A stretch of DNA of 64,000 nt from Naegleria gruberi (lineage: Eukaryota). The notes beneath the pieces are model-generated. The model worked only from the letters and a program-made list of their open reading frames with translations. It ran no database searches and was not told where the DNA came from. Position 1 is the first letter of the stretch; each line of letters starts with the position of its first letter. The stretch lies in the NCBI GenBank assembly GCA_000004985.1, contig GG738845.1; one strand, 5' to 3'. Made by a program: the position numbers and the translations under genes. This document shows positions 20,060 to 31,645 of the stretch, one piece after another.

Positions 20060-20932
20060 TTATTGTTTGAGACCCAATCTTCTAGAAGCGAACAATGGAA
20101 GAACAAAGCTTGAAGCATGGAGACCTGGGTTATAGTATTGGAGGGTATCCTTAGCAGATTCGAACCATTCAGTTCTCTTAGCAACCTTGACGTCATTGGA
20201 TTCATCCTTAGAACAAATGAAGAAACCAATAGCACCAGATGGATAAGTTGGAATGGAAATAGTAGAGTAGGAGACATTTGGGAAAATATCAACAATGAAA
20301 TCCTTCATACCAGCAATAATGTCCAAGTGCAACCACATGGATTCAGCTTGAGTACACAAAATACCATTTTCGTTCAAAGCTTCCTTGCAGGACTTGTAGA
20401 ATTCAGGTCCGAACAATGATGAAGCAGGACCAACTGGATCAGAAGAGTCAACAATGACAACATCAAAGCAATTCTTGTGTTCCTTCAAGAAGACAGCACC
20501 ATCATAAATGTGGAGCTTGAGCTTTGGACTTTCGAAAGACATATTCATGTGTGGGAGGAACTTCTTGGAAGCATTAACGACACCTTCATCAATTTCACAC
20601 AAGTGGACTTCTTCAACAGATGGATGCTTCAAAATTTCTCTAACGACACCACCGTCACCACCACCAATAACACAAACCTTCTTTGGGTCAGTCTTGAGAG
20701 CAGCCAATGGGATGTGAGCCATCATTTCTTGATAAGCACATTCATCTCTTTCAGTTTGTTGGATGACACCATCCAAAACCAAAACTCTTCCGTAATTTTC
20801 AGAGTCAAAGACCAAAATATCTTGGAACTTGGACTTTTCTTCGTGCAAAACTTGCTTGACCTTCAAGCTGAAACATTCTCCTGGCCACATAGTGGAGAGT
20901 TCTGAGAACCAACCTTCCTTTAAAGCGTTCAT
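20060..20932 (-). CDS. SRM: Spermidine synthase, 290 aa
   Basis: MNALKEGWFSELSTMWPGECFSLKV..ILVFDSENYGRVLVLDGVIQQTERDECAYQEMMAHIPL...VCVIGGGDGGVVREILKH..VEEVHLCEIDEGV...VIVDSSDPVGPA. The ORF track extends to 21166, but that extension lacks similarity, so the start is taken at ATG 20932. Confidence 0.9.
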   Translation of the reverse strand: MNALKEGWFSELSTMWPGECFSLKVKQVLHEEKSKFQDILVFDSENYGRVLVLDGVIQQTERDECAYQEMMAHIPLAALKTDPKKVCVIGGGDGGVVREILKHPSVEEVHLCEIDEGVVNASKKFLPHMNMSFESPKLKLHIYDGAVFLKEHKNCFDVVIVDSSDPVGPASSLFGPEFYKSCKEALNENGILCTQAESMWLHLDIIAGMKDFIVDIFPNVSYSTISIPTYPSGAIGFFICSKDESNDVKVAKRTEWFESAKDTLQYYNPGLHASSFVLPLFASRRLGLKQ

Positions 20933-21236
20933 ATTGTTTTGTTGTTGTTGTTTGGGTGTTGTGTTAATATTTTTTTTGAACAGCAAATATTTTGAATAGG
21001 TTTTAACGGGTTGTTTTGCGTTGTTGTTGCGGTGCCAACTTCTGCTTGGTTGATGTTTGTGATGGTCCAACAAAAGGATTCTTGTTGAGGCACAAAGATG
21101 TTTCTTCATGAAAAGATAGAGAGATCTCCAACACAGGTGGTGACTTGCTTTTTTAATTATGTGCAATAGAGGTTGGTTTGTTTACAAAAAGAATGCATTG
21201 TAAAGTTTTCTTATGAGAAAAAACTGGATTTAAAAT

Positions 21237-23277
21237 TTATTTAGAAGCTTCTCTAATTTCCTTAATGAGCTTCTTCTTGTAAGCATCAATGTTATCCTTA
21301 TAAATCTTGACAGTACCCTTTTCAACTTGCCAGATTTGCTTATTTTCTATCTTATCAATCAATCTAAAATCGTGAGAAACTAAAACAACACCGCCAGAGT
21401 AGCAGTTGATAGCTTCAGCAAGAGAGTCAATTGTTTCAATATCAAGATGGCTGTAAAAAGATAAATTAGAAATTAAATTCAATCTAATATACTTACTTAG
21501 TAGGTTCGTCAAGGAACAAAATAAATGGCTTCTTAAGAGCTAACCAAGCAAAAATCAATCTTGATTTCAAACCATCTGAGAGACATTTAATTGGAGCAGT
21601 TTGACGTGTACCACTGATACCATAAGTACCAATAGCAGCTCTCATCATTTCTGTACCATTAGAGTTATTTTCAATAAGGTCTGGGAATTCCTTAAACATC
21701 CATTCTAAAGGAGTCATGTCTTCATCTAATTGCTAAATAAATAGTTAAAATTATTGACAGGTTATTAAAAACATACTTCAGTCAAATGTTGGTGGTAGTG
21801 ACCAATCTTCAAGTGGGAGTGAAGATTAATATCTCCAGAGACAGGTTTAAGTTGCTTAACCATGAGTTTCATCAATGTAGATTTACCAGCACCATTCTAT
21901 AAAGAGTGTTAAAAATTTCAATTAAGGATATACTATTGACTACTTACTGGACCGACGAGAGCAATACGGGAATCCATATCAACACCCAAAGATAGCTTAC
22001 TGAATAACAATGGAGGTTCTGGCATAATTTCAGTAGCTGGGTAGTGGAATGAGACTTCGTTAAATTGCAAAACTGGTGGTGGCAACTTTGGAACATCTGG
22101 GAATGTGAATTTGAAAATCTTGTCAGCAGTAACCTTTTCAGTTAAACCACTTCTCATCATCTTTTCAAGTTGTTTTTCCTTAGATTTGGCTTGTCTAGAC
22201 ATTTTGATGGATGTTTGACCGAACTTGGCAATATATTCCTTCATTCTACTGATATCATCTTGTTCAGATTGATATCTCTTCATTTGATTGACTTCTAATT
22301 CTTCTCTAGTCTTGCAGTAGGTATCATAATTACCTCCGTAATAAGTTAATCTTTGATCTTTGAGATGGATAATTGATGTACAGACATTGTTAAGGAAATC
22401 TTGAGAGTGGGAAATGATAATTAAAGAGTTTTCATATTCTTTGAGGTACATTTCAAGCCAGACACAAGTTTCAAGATCAAGATGGCTGTATATTATTAAT
22501 GGATGGAAATAAGATTGTAATTATATGAAAATAAGAATTAGGTCAAAAATCATAAAACACTTACTTTGTAGGTTCATCGAGAAGCAAAACATCAGGTTCA
22601 ATGAAAAGAGCTTCGGCCAACTTGATTCTCATTCTCCAACCACCGGAGAAATCCTTAGTTGCCTTCAATTGCATTTGAGGAGTAAAACCCAAACCGTGCA
22701 AAAGTTTAGCAGCCTTAGGTTTCGTCCATTCTGGATCTAATTCTTCCAACTTATCCATGATGAGTTCTTGTCTTTCAGTTGTTGTCTTTGGATCGTTCAA
22801 TTCCTTTTCTAATCTTTTACGTTCCTTATCGACACTTGATAAAACATAGTCAAGTGCACTCATATCGGTTGGTTTAGCTTCACCTTGTAAGTGATAAATT
22901 GAAATTTGCTTTGGAATAGGAATCATTCTTCTACCCAAAACTTTGAGAAGAGTGGATTTACCTGAACCATTCAAACCGATTAAACCGTATTTAACACCTC
23001 TATTCAAACAAAATTCAGTGTCATCAATAAGATCAACTGAGGCAGAGAGTTGTGGTGAAGAAATGGATATAGAAAAGTGTTCAAATTTCAAGTCCATAGA
23101 AAGTGGGTGAGAAACCAAATTACCAGTGGCTGAAATGTGAAGAGTTGTTGTGGAAGCATCTTGTTGAAGTTCGTGATTTTCGTCATCACTATCATAATCA
23201 ACCTTTGTTGGAGTGGTACTAGCAGGAGAAGGAGTATTGGATTTACCACCTTTCTTGTTATTCTTCTTTGGAGGCAT
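21237..23277 (-). CDS. ABCF2: ABC-F family ATPase (ABCF2/Arb1 type), 5 exons, 606 aa
   Basis: Exons are 23277..22565, 22485..21948, 21896..21777, 21732..21497 and 21450..21237. Introns are 79, 51, 44 and 46 nt. Splicing restores LLLDEPT|[17 protein letters not shown]|[12 protein letters not shown] and FLDEPT|[11 protein letters not shown]. The total of 1821 nt is in frame. The protein is collinear with human ABCF2 as I recall it. Confidence 0.9.
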
Positions 23278-23478
23278 GTTGGGTGATGAGTGGTAATGTG
23301 GTGGTGGTGGTTAGTCTTTTGACTTTTTTTTGTTCAAACAATTTCCAGATAGATGGTTGGTTTTTGTTGAAGCGAGAATCCTCCAATAAATGTTTTACAT
23401 TTGGCTTTTCTTGCCTGGTACCTAGGTAATGATGTTGTTTAAATAAATTGAATAATAAATAATTAATAATTTAAAAAA

Positions 23479-24591
23479 ATGTTTGTCAAAGCTCAACACA
23501 ATAAGCAAAATGTTTCATTAATTGCTGGAGGACATTATTTTGGAGGAGAGGAAAATTCAATTGAAAAGACAACAAGACTAGTAAAGGATTTGAGTAAAAT
23601 TGAAAAGGTGATTGCTTTGAATGAACAAGTACCAATAGTTTGTCAATTTTCAATCTTTTCCGAAGGAGAAGGTTTTGAAGAATTGTTTAAATCTGTGAGA
23701 GAACAAATATCTCAATTTTATTCTGCTTTGGATGATGAAAATAGCTATTATGGAACAAATACTTTGCATGATGCATTCACAACATTTAAATCATCCTATT
23801 CTTTTTATGAGTATGAGGGAGAAATTATTGATTTATTGAAAAAGAGATTTGGCATTTCTTATAGAAATGAAAATCATACACAAAAACTCATCAAATTAAA
23901 CAAATTTATCAAAAAGAATATGGGAAGATTATCAGGAAAGGAATTGAGAATTTTAATTGCAAAACTAGATCATGAAATGAATATTGAAAAGGATAAAAAG
24001 AGATTTGAGATTACATTTAATTCAATTAATACCATAATGGATACAGTGGATGAATGTTTATTTACAATATTGCAAATGTCACAAACTTTAAAGTATATAC
24101 AGAATGTACTTTTGGAAATAGCTCAAGAAATTTATCAAAAATTGAATATTGCTTTCAGATCATTTGTAATGCCTTGGATGATATTCTTATCAATAACTGC
24201 CAGATTATACAGTATTACCTTGGAGAATATGAAAGTTGTAGAGTTAATTTATAACAAATTTAAAAAGTGGTGCAATTGTCTTCCAACTAGAGAACAAGTT
24301 GCATCCTATCTCATGAAAGAGGTATCTATTATTTTCCTTACAAAAACTAATAGAATGGATTTTCCATCTCCATTTCCAGAAAGCTTGATAGAATTTACAA
24401 AGAATAATGAATCGTCAGATCTTTCTCAATTCCTACTCAATGAATCAATCAAGAAGGAGAATCAAGAATTAGTATTTTCACTTGTCGAACAAGTCAAGAT
24501 ACAGAAAAAACTATCACTAGAGAATGCCTCTAACATGTCTTCTGCTCCATCTTCGACGAGTAAGAAAAATAAACAGAAAAAGAAGAAATAA
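23479..24591 (+). CDS. Hypothetical protein, 370 aa, lysine-rich C-terminus
   Basis: Clean ORF with an A-tract before the ATG. I can name no domain with confidence. The tail is SSTSKKNKQKKKK. Confidence 0.5.
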   Translation: MFVKAQHNKQNVSLIAGGHYFGGEENSIEKTTRLVKDLSKIEKVIALNEQVPIVCQFSIFSEGEGFEELFKSVREQISQFYSALDDENSYYGTNTLHDAFTTFKSSYSFYEYEGEIIDLLKKRFGISYRNENHTQKLIKLNKFIKKNMGRLSGKELRILIAKLDHEMNIEKDKKRFEITFNSINTIMDTVDECLFTILQMSQTLKYIQNVLLEIAQEIYQKLNIAFRSFVMPWMIFLSITARLYSITLENMKVVELIYNKFKKWCNCLPTREQVASYLMKEVSIIFLTKTNRMDFPSPFPESLIEFTKNNESSDLSQFLLNESIKKENQELVFSLVEQVKIQKKLSLENASNMSSAPSSTSKKNKQKKKK

Positions 24592-24660
24592 AGGTATTGA
24601 AAGAATTAAACAGATTTAATCGAGCGGTGTTATTAATAGTTGTAGGTTTGTACGAACATT

Positions 24661-24669
24661 CCCGCCAAA
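24661..24669 (+). promoter_or_regulatory. E2F-type element CCCGCCAAA, 39 nt upstream of ATG 24700
   Basis: Read directly: ACATTCCCGCCAAATTTG. Confidence 0.5.
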
Positions 24670-24699
24670 TTTGTAGTTTAAAAAAACAACTTTAAAAAA

Positions 24700-25728
24700 A
24701 TGAGTCACAAATATCAAAAGGATTTCTCTCTGCCCAATAACTTTCAAGAGACTTTACGGGACTTTACTAGAGAGGTTTTAAGATCTCAACCTGGTAACAT
24801 TTATCGATTTGGATATGATTATTTTATGAAGCTGGCTAAGGAAATGGGAGAAAGTACACCTGTGGTTACTGCTGGAAACAATGCCTCCAAAGTTAATGAG
24901 GAGGAACCAGAACAAGAATACAAGGTTGTACATACAAATAATAATGATTTACATACTTTGGATGAATCTCTGAACGCTAGTAGTATTAAACCAAACGAAG
25001 ACGACTACCAAAATATTTCCAGCATTTCCATACAAGATAAACCTGTGAGCATTAAATCTCAAGACAAATTCGAAGACAATGATGTCGAAGAGGAGGGTGT
25101 AGATGAAGATCCAGAAGGTGGTGCAAATTCTGCTTTTGAAGGAGACATGCTCCAAGCTATTGTACAAATTTCAGACCAAGAGCTTTTAAATATTATCTAT
25201 AATCAATTAAGCTCGTTCGGATATGAAAATCTTCCTATGGATGTCATTAAGGATGAAATCAAAAAAGTTTTCAACTATCAACTCCCTGAAGCAATCATGC
25301 TCTTTGTTATGGCAGAATCAGAAATTTCAGAGGATGGTACAATTGAAATTGGTCAATTCTCTCAACAAGTGACAAATGTTTTGAAAACAATTGTGGGAGT
25401 AGAGTCGTTTATGGAAGAAATTAATGTCAATGAGGCCGATGTTGTTCATGGACTCAACAAGATGGAACTGGATGAAGAATTGAAGGCCATTTTCGAAAGA
25501 GCTGACGAAGGCCAAACAGGTGCCATTTCATTCGCCAAGTTCAGAAGAGAATTGTTGGAAGCAGACTTGGACCTTTCTAGAAGAGAGGTGAATATTGTTC
25601 TCTCTGAGGCTGAGTCAGATGAGCATGGTCAAGTTCTGTATGAGAAGAGTATTAATAGTGCTCACAGACTTTTATTCATTGCAAATATGTTTGATGATTT
25701 TTGTAATGAAAATGATTTACATTTCTAA
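24700..25728 (+). CDS. RIIa dimerisation/docking-domain protein with C-terminal EF-hand-like region (radial-spoke RSP7-like architecture), 342 aa
   Basis: The N-terminus LPNNFQETLRDFTREVLRSQPGNIYRFGYDYF matches the RIIa/DPY-30-type docking motif. The C-terminus IFERADEGQTGAISFAKFRREL is a degenerate EF-hand loop. The middle is acidic. Confidence 0.6.
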   Translation: MSHKYQKDFSLPNNFQETLRDFTREVLRSQPGNIYRFGYDYFMKLAKEMGESTPVVTAGNNASKVNEEEPEQEYKVVHTNNNDLHTLDESLNASSIKPNEDDYQNISSISIQDKPVSIKSQDKFEDNDVEEEGVDEDPEGGANSAFEGDMLQAIVQISDQELLNIIYNQLSSFGYENLPMDVIKDEIKKVFNYQLPEAIMLFVMAESEISEDGTIEIGQFSQQVTNVLKTIVGVESFMEEINVNEADVVHGLNKMELDEELKAIFERADEGQTGAISFAKFRRELLEADLDLSRREVNIVLSEAESDEHGQVLYEKSINSAHRLLFIANMFDDFCNENDLHF

Positions 25729-25921
25729 TTGGATCATTTAAAATTATTGTACATTTATAAAACTAATATTAACTAATTGATTTAATCTCAATGTTATTTG
25801 AACGACCATCATGACAAGAAAATGAGGAGATTTTACTTTTTCAAAATTTTAACGTTGACTTCCAATTACTGGCTAATAGAAGATTTCATTTGAATGTAAA
25901 TAAAAATAAATTTTAAAAAAA

Positions 25922-26695
25922 ATGAACTCTGCTGATCCGTTCGACCTGGTGAAAGACAAGGTCAGAGAAAAGCTGGCCTCCATCAAAGTTTTACAGGAGA
26001 TGTATATTGATCCAACAAGTCAAGAACAATGGAGAGGAATAGAAACCGAATTACAAAGTAATATTAAATCGGTTGATTTATTTTTGGGGGATCTGCAATC
26101 AACAATTGATATTGTAGAGAAGAATCCGCAACGTTTTAAAAACATTTCAAAGGAAGAAATCGGAAAACGTAAATTATTTATTTCGACAACATCACAACAA
26201 ATGAGACAAATAGAACAACAAATTAAAACTAGAAAACAAAAACAGCAACAACAGAAAAAAGAAACCTTGCTGACAAACGACGAGGATGAACAACCAATAC
26301 AACCAAAACCAACAGGAAAAGGTTCATCAAAATATTCTAGATTGGAAGAATCATACATTCAAGATAATCAAAAATTTATCGACCAACAATTACAAGTTCA
26401 GGATCAAGTCAAGAAAAATCAAGACCAACAATTGGATAAGATGGCAACTACTGTTCAACGTGTTGGGCAAATCGCTCAAGATATGGGTGATGAACTCGAT
26501 GAACAACACAGAGAGTTGGAGGATATGGAGCAACATGTCGATAAAACAAAAGGATTATTGGAAAGAACGAATAAGAGATTGAGCAACATGTTAAATAATA
26601 CCTCTGATAAGTGGAAAATTATTATCATTGTAACTCTGATTGTTGTGATTTGTATTTTATTTGGCTTGTTATTCATTCCAATTAAATTTAATTAA
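25922..26695 (+). CDS. STX6: Syntaxin-6/Tlg1-like Qc-SNARE, 257 aa
   Basis: Syntaxin-6 N-domain pattern: DPFDLVKDKV...W..ELQSNIKSVDLFLGDLQSTIDIVEKNPQRFKNISKEEIGKRKLF. SNARE heptads: DKMATTVQRVGQIAQDMGDELDEQHRELEDMEQHVDKT. C-terminal TM: WKIIIIVTLIVVICILFGLLFIP. Confidence 0.8.
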   Translation: MNSADPFDLVKDKVREKLASIKVLQEMYIDPTSQEQWRGIETELQSNIKSVDLFLGDLQSTIDIVEKNPQRFKNISKEEIGKRKLFISTTSQQMRQIEQQIKTRKQKQQQQKKETLLTNDEDEQPIQPKPTGKGSSKYSRLEESYIQDNQKFIDQQLQVQDQVKKNQDQQLDKMATTVQRVGQIAQDMGDELDEQHRELEDMEQHVDKTKGLLERTNKRLSNMLNNTSDKWKIIIIVTLIVVICILFGLLFIPIKFN

Positions 26696-26714
26696 ATAAA
26701 TCAATTGTACATTT

Positions 26715-29700
26715 TTAAACAATTTCTGGTTTATCATTGACTGTTCTGTGGTGGGTTAAGGTTTGTCCAATTCCAACTGAGCTAGAGGTACCTGCTGTAA
26801 TCGGTTGACCAATGCTTGTTTGATCCTTTTCATCTGTGAAACTAGTACCCATATTTGTTTGATTTTTAAAGTTTCTGCCACTCTTATTTCCACCCTTTGA
26901 TTTGAACAATTTTCTTACAATTAAACAACAGCAACAAATAAAGCAAATCACACCGACAATAATAGCGTCATAAACATAACGATTATATCGAACATTATTG
27001 TAGTGCTCCATCAATTCATCAATATAGAGGAATGGATTTTCTTCACTGTCTTGTAATTCAAATTGGGATCTATTTGGGAAGTACCAATTGTAAAAGTTGT
27101 GTAACATTTCAACAACCTGTTCATTTGGTTTGGTTTGATTCATATCATCATTCAAACAAATGAATTTAGGTCTGTTTCTTCTCAATTCGTCCAATTGATC
27201 TCCAACTTTATCTTCATCATCTCTAATCATGTGGAATCCTACTTGAGATAAATCTTCCAATGTAAATGGAAAACGTTGTTCGCTCTTGTGTGCCTTTGTT
27301 TTAACAATATCGCTTAGGCCACTATTAACAAAATCTTCAAGAATTGGTTTAGTTCTGAATGCAGAGTCATCCATTGCTTGATATCGTGACAATACAAGCC
27401 TTGTATAATTGAGATGGCCATACAGGATATTTCTTACTGTTTGATGATACTCCTTAAATTCAGAAAAATCTTCAAAATAGGACCAAGATTTCCACTTCTT
27501 GTTACTCTTTGTACTGGCCCAGAAATAGGAACCAAATTCATCATCTTCTGAATTTTTTGTACTGTTTGTTGTTGCAGTTGTGTTAATAGGTGATGTACTA
27601 ATTTCTGGTGTTGGAGTCTTCTTTTTGCCCTTCTTAGTTTTCTTTTTTGGTTTTTCTAATCCTCCTCTTTCCTTTTTCATTTCATCATTAATTGTATTAA
27701 TACTAGATGTAATATTGGTATGTAAATCAGTTAATTTGGAGAGAGGTATCTTGTACTTGTGATACATCAAGTTAGCTAAATTTCTAATTTCATAATTATC
27801 CAAAACATTATCATTGTTTGTATCAACATGTTCCCTCAAAAATCTAGAGACATTATAGTGAATACCTTCATGCATTAAATAGTAGAAATAGGTAAATGTA
27901 TACTGCATATCACTTGAGGATCTAAATCTATTGGATGATGTGACATTGAATTCATATTCCCATTTCTTTTGAAGTTCGAACATAATGTCCCTATCAATCA
28001 TGTGAGGCATGTGAGCTGGTACCTTACGAGAGGCCCTACCATATTCTCTATTCAACAACTTATTCACATGAATTAAACTATCTCCAAACTTATCGAGGAG
28101 TTTTCTACCGATTCTAACAGGTGTGGAGCTTTCTGTGGTGACGCTGTTACTGCTGTCATCATAGTTTTCACTCTTGATTTCTCTTTCAATTCTCTTTTTG
28201 ATATTTTCATATTTTTCTTGATTCTTTTCCTTTTCTGCTAGATTGAAACGGAGGGAATTAACAATTTCTTCAGGATGAGATTGAACAATAGGAATTCTGT
28301 TAGAGTATGATGGTCGAATATTTGATGGAGACGAGATGCCCAATAACTTTCTGTTTTTCTTTTTTAACAACTTTTTCAAATATCTCAATTCATCACTATT
28401 GAGATTATCGATATTATAATTGTCGGCTTCTTGAGTTGGAGACTTTTCTGGTGTTTTAGGAACTTGCTGCTTCTCGGTTGCAATGACTGGATTGGTTTTG
28501 ATAACATTTTCAGAGATGTCATCAATTTCTGTTGCCTTTTCTTTTTGTTTGGTTTCTGTCTTGATATCAACAACTTTTTTAGTCAAATCATCTTCAATCT
28601 TTTTAGTGACAGGTTTGATTTCAGTATCCTTTTTAGCTTGTATAGTGTCGAGTGTACTAGTTGGGGTTTCTTTGGTGACAGTTTCCAAAGTATTCTTCAT
28701 TGGTTCAGTTTTCTTTTCCTCCAATTTAACTTGAGCTTTTTTGGTGTCAATAGATGCAGGACGAACAGCTTGGTTTTCAGTAATGACTGGATTGGTTTTG
28801 ATAACATTTTCAGAAATATCGTCAATTTCTGTTGCCTTGGTTTCTAACTTGGATCCAGATTGTTTCTTGGTATTTGTAACTGACTTGTCATTTTCTTGAG
28901 TATCAGAATTGATATTGTTCCAACTATTAAACCAATCAGTTTCAGGAGTTGTCTTGGTGGCTTTTTCTGCAGGTTTGGTGCTATTGTTCTTTCCAACAAT
29001 AGCATTAAGCTGAGTTTTAGAAAAGTAGGTAGAAACCACCAATGCCTTATTGTAGTTCTTGTCAGCTGCTAACTCTGATTCTTGTGATTCATGAATACCA
29101 AAAATGCTTGTTTCATTTGATAAGTTAAATTTTTTGGCAATGTAATTGAATGTATGATTTGAAACAACCTTTACGATGAAAGATTTTGTAATTGTCAATT
29201 TAGTGCCCAATTGTTCAAAAGTAGTGGAGTGAGTGTTTTGGAATGTATCAGTTTTGGAGGTATCATTAAGAACTCTCTCAGCTTCCAAAGAAACCGGGAC
29301 ATGTTCTTCATAGAAATTGGTATTGTTACTGTACTTGGTAACATTGGACTTGAGAGATTGATAATTAAAAGTGAATATGAGGAGCTTTTCCTTTTGTGAA
29401 ATTGTTGAACTTCTAACTAGCTTTTCATTTTCGTGATTGCCATTAGTAATTTGAGCATCTTTGAATATCTTACTCAAATCCAAGTAAATGGAAGGTTCTA
29501 TATTACGGACATAGATAACTGAAATGCTATTTTCCAATTGTACATGCTCCAATTCTGTCTTTAATTCCTTAAACTCGCAATCTCCAGCATCATAACCACA
29601 TTCTTTAACGTTACATGGTCTATCACAAAAACGATCACCAATCCATGAATCAGAACAAGAGGCTGAGCAATAATTCTTAGTATTAGTGGATGACCAAAAA

Positions 29701-31285
29701 CTATTAGAATTACTACCATAATTATAGTTACCACCATAGTTGCCATAACTTGATGAAGAGCTTGAAGATCCGTAAGAGAATCTCACATTTGGACCAACGC
29801 AATCACCACCATCAAAATCACATTGAGTAACATTGCAAGAAACGTCACAATAACCATCACCTAACCAAGATTCTTGGCATCCTTCATGGCATGGAGGAAC
29901 TTCCCAACTGAGGAATACTTTTTGTCCAGTTGAGTGACTATAAAAATCCTCTGGATACACATCGTTACCAAACATGACATCATCATTCAAGTAAATAAAC
30001 TTTTTAGAAAGGCCAGGAATTCTATGAATTTGAGATTCAATAGAAGGTGAGCTGAAAACTGGTAAATGGATTGGATTTCTGTAAACATCGGCATGTTTAA
30101 CAATTTTAACCTTTGGATTCTTTACGTTTAACCAGCTTGGCACTTGACCACTTGTCACAATATAAACATTTCTGACCCATGGAGCAAATCGTTCCAAACT
30201 ACGTAAACTGTATCTCAACTCATCATTATCTCTAAATCTGTTACTACTATTGGTATCATCAGTTTTGGTAGCATTCTTAGTTGTTGTACCATTGTTGATA
30301 ATTTCTGAGTCATTTTTAACTTTAGGAGTATTTTCCTTCTTTGATTTCTTAGTGGTCTTTTTTGTCAAAGCCTTGTTAGTTTTTGCTTTCTTTCCAGTGG
30401 CACCCTTTTTTTCAACCTTAGTATGTTGTTGTTTGGTAACTGGTGGTTTGGTTGTCTTTTTTGATGAATTGGTTTTCTTTGTAACAGGTGCTTTAGTCTT
30501 TTTGGTTACTTTGGCATTCTTATTGGTTTGAGGAATTGATTTCTTATTAGTTTCTTGTTTCTTCTTGCTTGTGGATTTCACAGAGAGTAATCTTCTTCTC
30601 TTCTTTGTTTTGTTTTCTTGTGTTTTCACATGTGCATTTCCTACTCCTTTCAAATGGTAATTATTGGTTGTTTTCTGATTGGATTTGCTAGAATCAGTAG
30701 TACTAGTAGTAGTAGTATTGGAAGACGTCTTGGTAGCAGCACTTTCAATTGTTTTAGTATTGTCAACATTAGATTTTTCTTCCTTCTCCTTTTCCAAAGC
30801 ATTAAATCGTTTCACTAAATTCTTGTGTATTGGATCGGAACCATTGACCCAAGTATAAACAATATCCATAGGTTCATAACACAATTTAGAAACTGAATTA
30901 ATTTTCATAATATTATCTCTATACATCCTATTACAATAATTTCCCAATTGTGATGCTTCATCATCCTATATTAAATATTTAAATAAATAATTTAAAAATT
31001 GAAATGTTAAAATTATTGAGAATAAATTCATTCGCATTATTATAAACTTACCACAAGGGTAGTCTTATCAGTGATGGAAATATCCAAAATAGATTGTAAC
31101 AAGTGCAATGCCGTATTTAAAGTAATAAATGTAATAATAATCAACAATATAGCACCCCATTTAGATGTTGCAAAGGAATAGAATGAACGTTGAATAGACT
31201 TTGAAAATTGATCATTAAAACAGGAACAACATTTCTTTCCTCTCTTATGATCCAATCCGACATTAGCAGTCGATGAGGGTAACAT
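26715..31285 (-). CDS. GNPTAB: UDP-GlcNAc:lysosomal-enzyme GlcNAc-1-phosphotransferase alpha/beta-like (Stealth family), 2 exons, 1494 aa
   Basis: Exons are 31285..31052 and 30965..26715, with an 86-nt intron (GTAAGT...ATATAG). N-terminal TM: WGAILLIIITFITLNTALHLL. Stealth CR1: DIVYTWVNGSDP. CR2: NRFRDNDELRYSLRSLERFAPWVRNVYIVTSGQVPSWLN...IYLNDDVMFG. CR3: VPAHMPHMIDRDIM...NRFRSSSDMQYTF. Two Notch/LNR-type modules, CQESWLGDGYCDVSCNVTQCDFDGGDC and CSDSWIGDRFCDRPCNVKECGYDAGDC, lie at about 29570-29900. EF-hand-like DTNNDNVLDNYEIRNL. C-terminal TM: AIIVGVICFICCCCLIV. Confidence 0.85.
28482..28838 (-). repeat. Direct duplication of a 57-nt unit (3 mismatches), 300 bp apart, inside the GNPTAB-like spacer region
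   Basis: 28482-28537 versus 28782-28838: AATGACTGGATTGGTTTTGATAACATTTTCAGA(G/A)AT(G/A)TC(A/G)TCAATTTCTGTTGCCTT. It encodes KATEIDDISENVIKTNPVI twice. Confidence 0.85.
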
Positions 31286-31645
31286 ATTTTCCGATTCAAA
31301 AAAAGCAAAATTCTCTCTTTAACAACAACCTTCTTCTCTGTTGTTGTTGTTGTTTTCTTTAAAATAGTGTACGTTTACTCAGAGCAGTGTCTCCTTCGAC
31401 TACTTGGATGACACGTGTATGGTACGCCGTGTGAGTGTGGATTTCTTTTTTTTAATGGAGTTTAAGTGAGTGGATATACAGGAGTTTCAATTTGAAACGG
31501 TGAAGAAATAATGATACAATGATACAATTGAATCTACTTACAAGCTTGTTAACTCTCCTCTAGAAACATTCATACAAACAATTTTATTGCATCAAATAAT
31601 AATACACTGTTCAATAATTATTCAATAAAATCAAAGAAGAAAAAA

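Noticed and set aside
20933-21166. N-terminal extensions suggested by the ORF track for spermidine synthase (to 21166), calmodulin (to 47730), the HAD hydrolase (to 58058), the RWP-RK gene (34867), 41583-43382 and 53184
   Set aside because: The track starts there are TTG-type codons or lie upstream of the conserved protein start. The extensions lack similarity to the families, and the conserved start has the A-tract context.
28431-30818. Plus-strand ORFs inside the GNPTAB-like gene (28431-28847, 28483-28734, 30250-30531, 30618-30818) and similar shadow ORFs inside other long genes (8018-8380, 41121-41492, 47309-47686, 51135-51572, 62746-63108)
   Set aside because: They are antisense to well-supported conserved coding sequence. 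Their F/L/V-rich translations are typical of the reverse complement of K/E/T-rich coding DNA.
31411-31418. Palindromic E-box ACACGTGT 127 bp upstream of the GNPTAB-like ATG (a tempting CLEAR/TFEB-like lysosomal element)
   Set aside because: It is a single hexamer-level match. CACGTG also occurs inside coding sequence (about 15836), and its expected chance frequency in 64 kb is not negligible.
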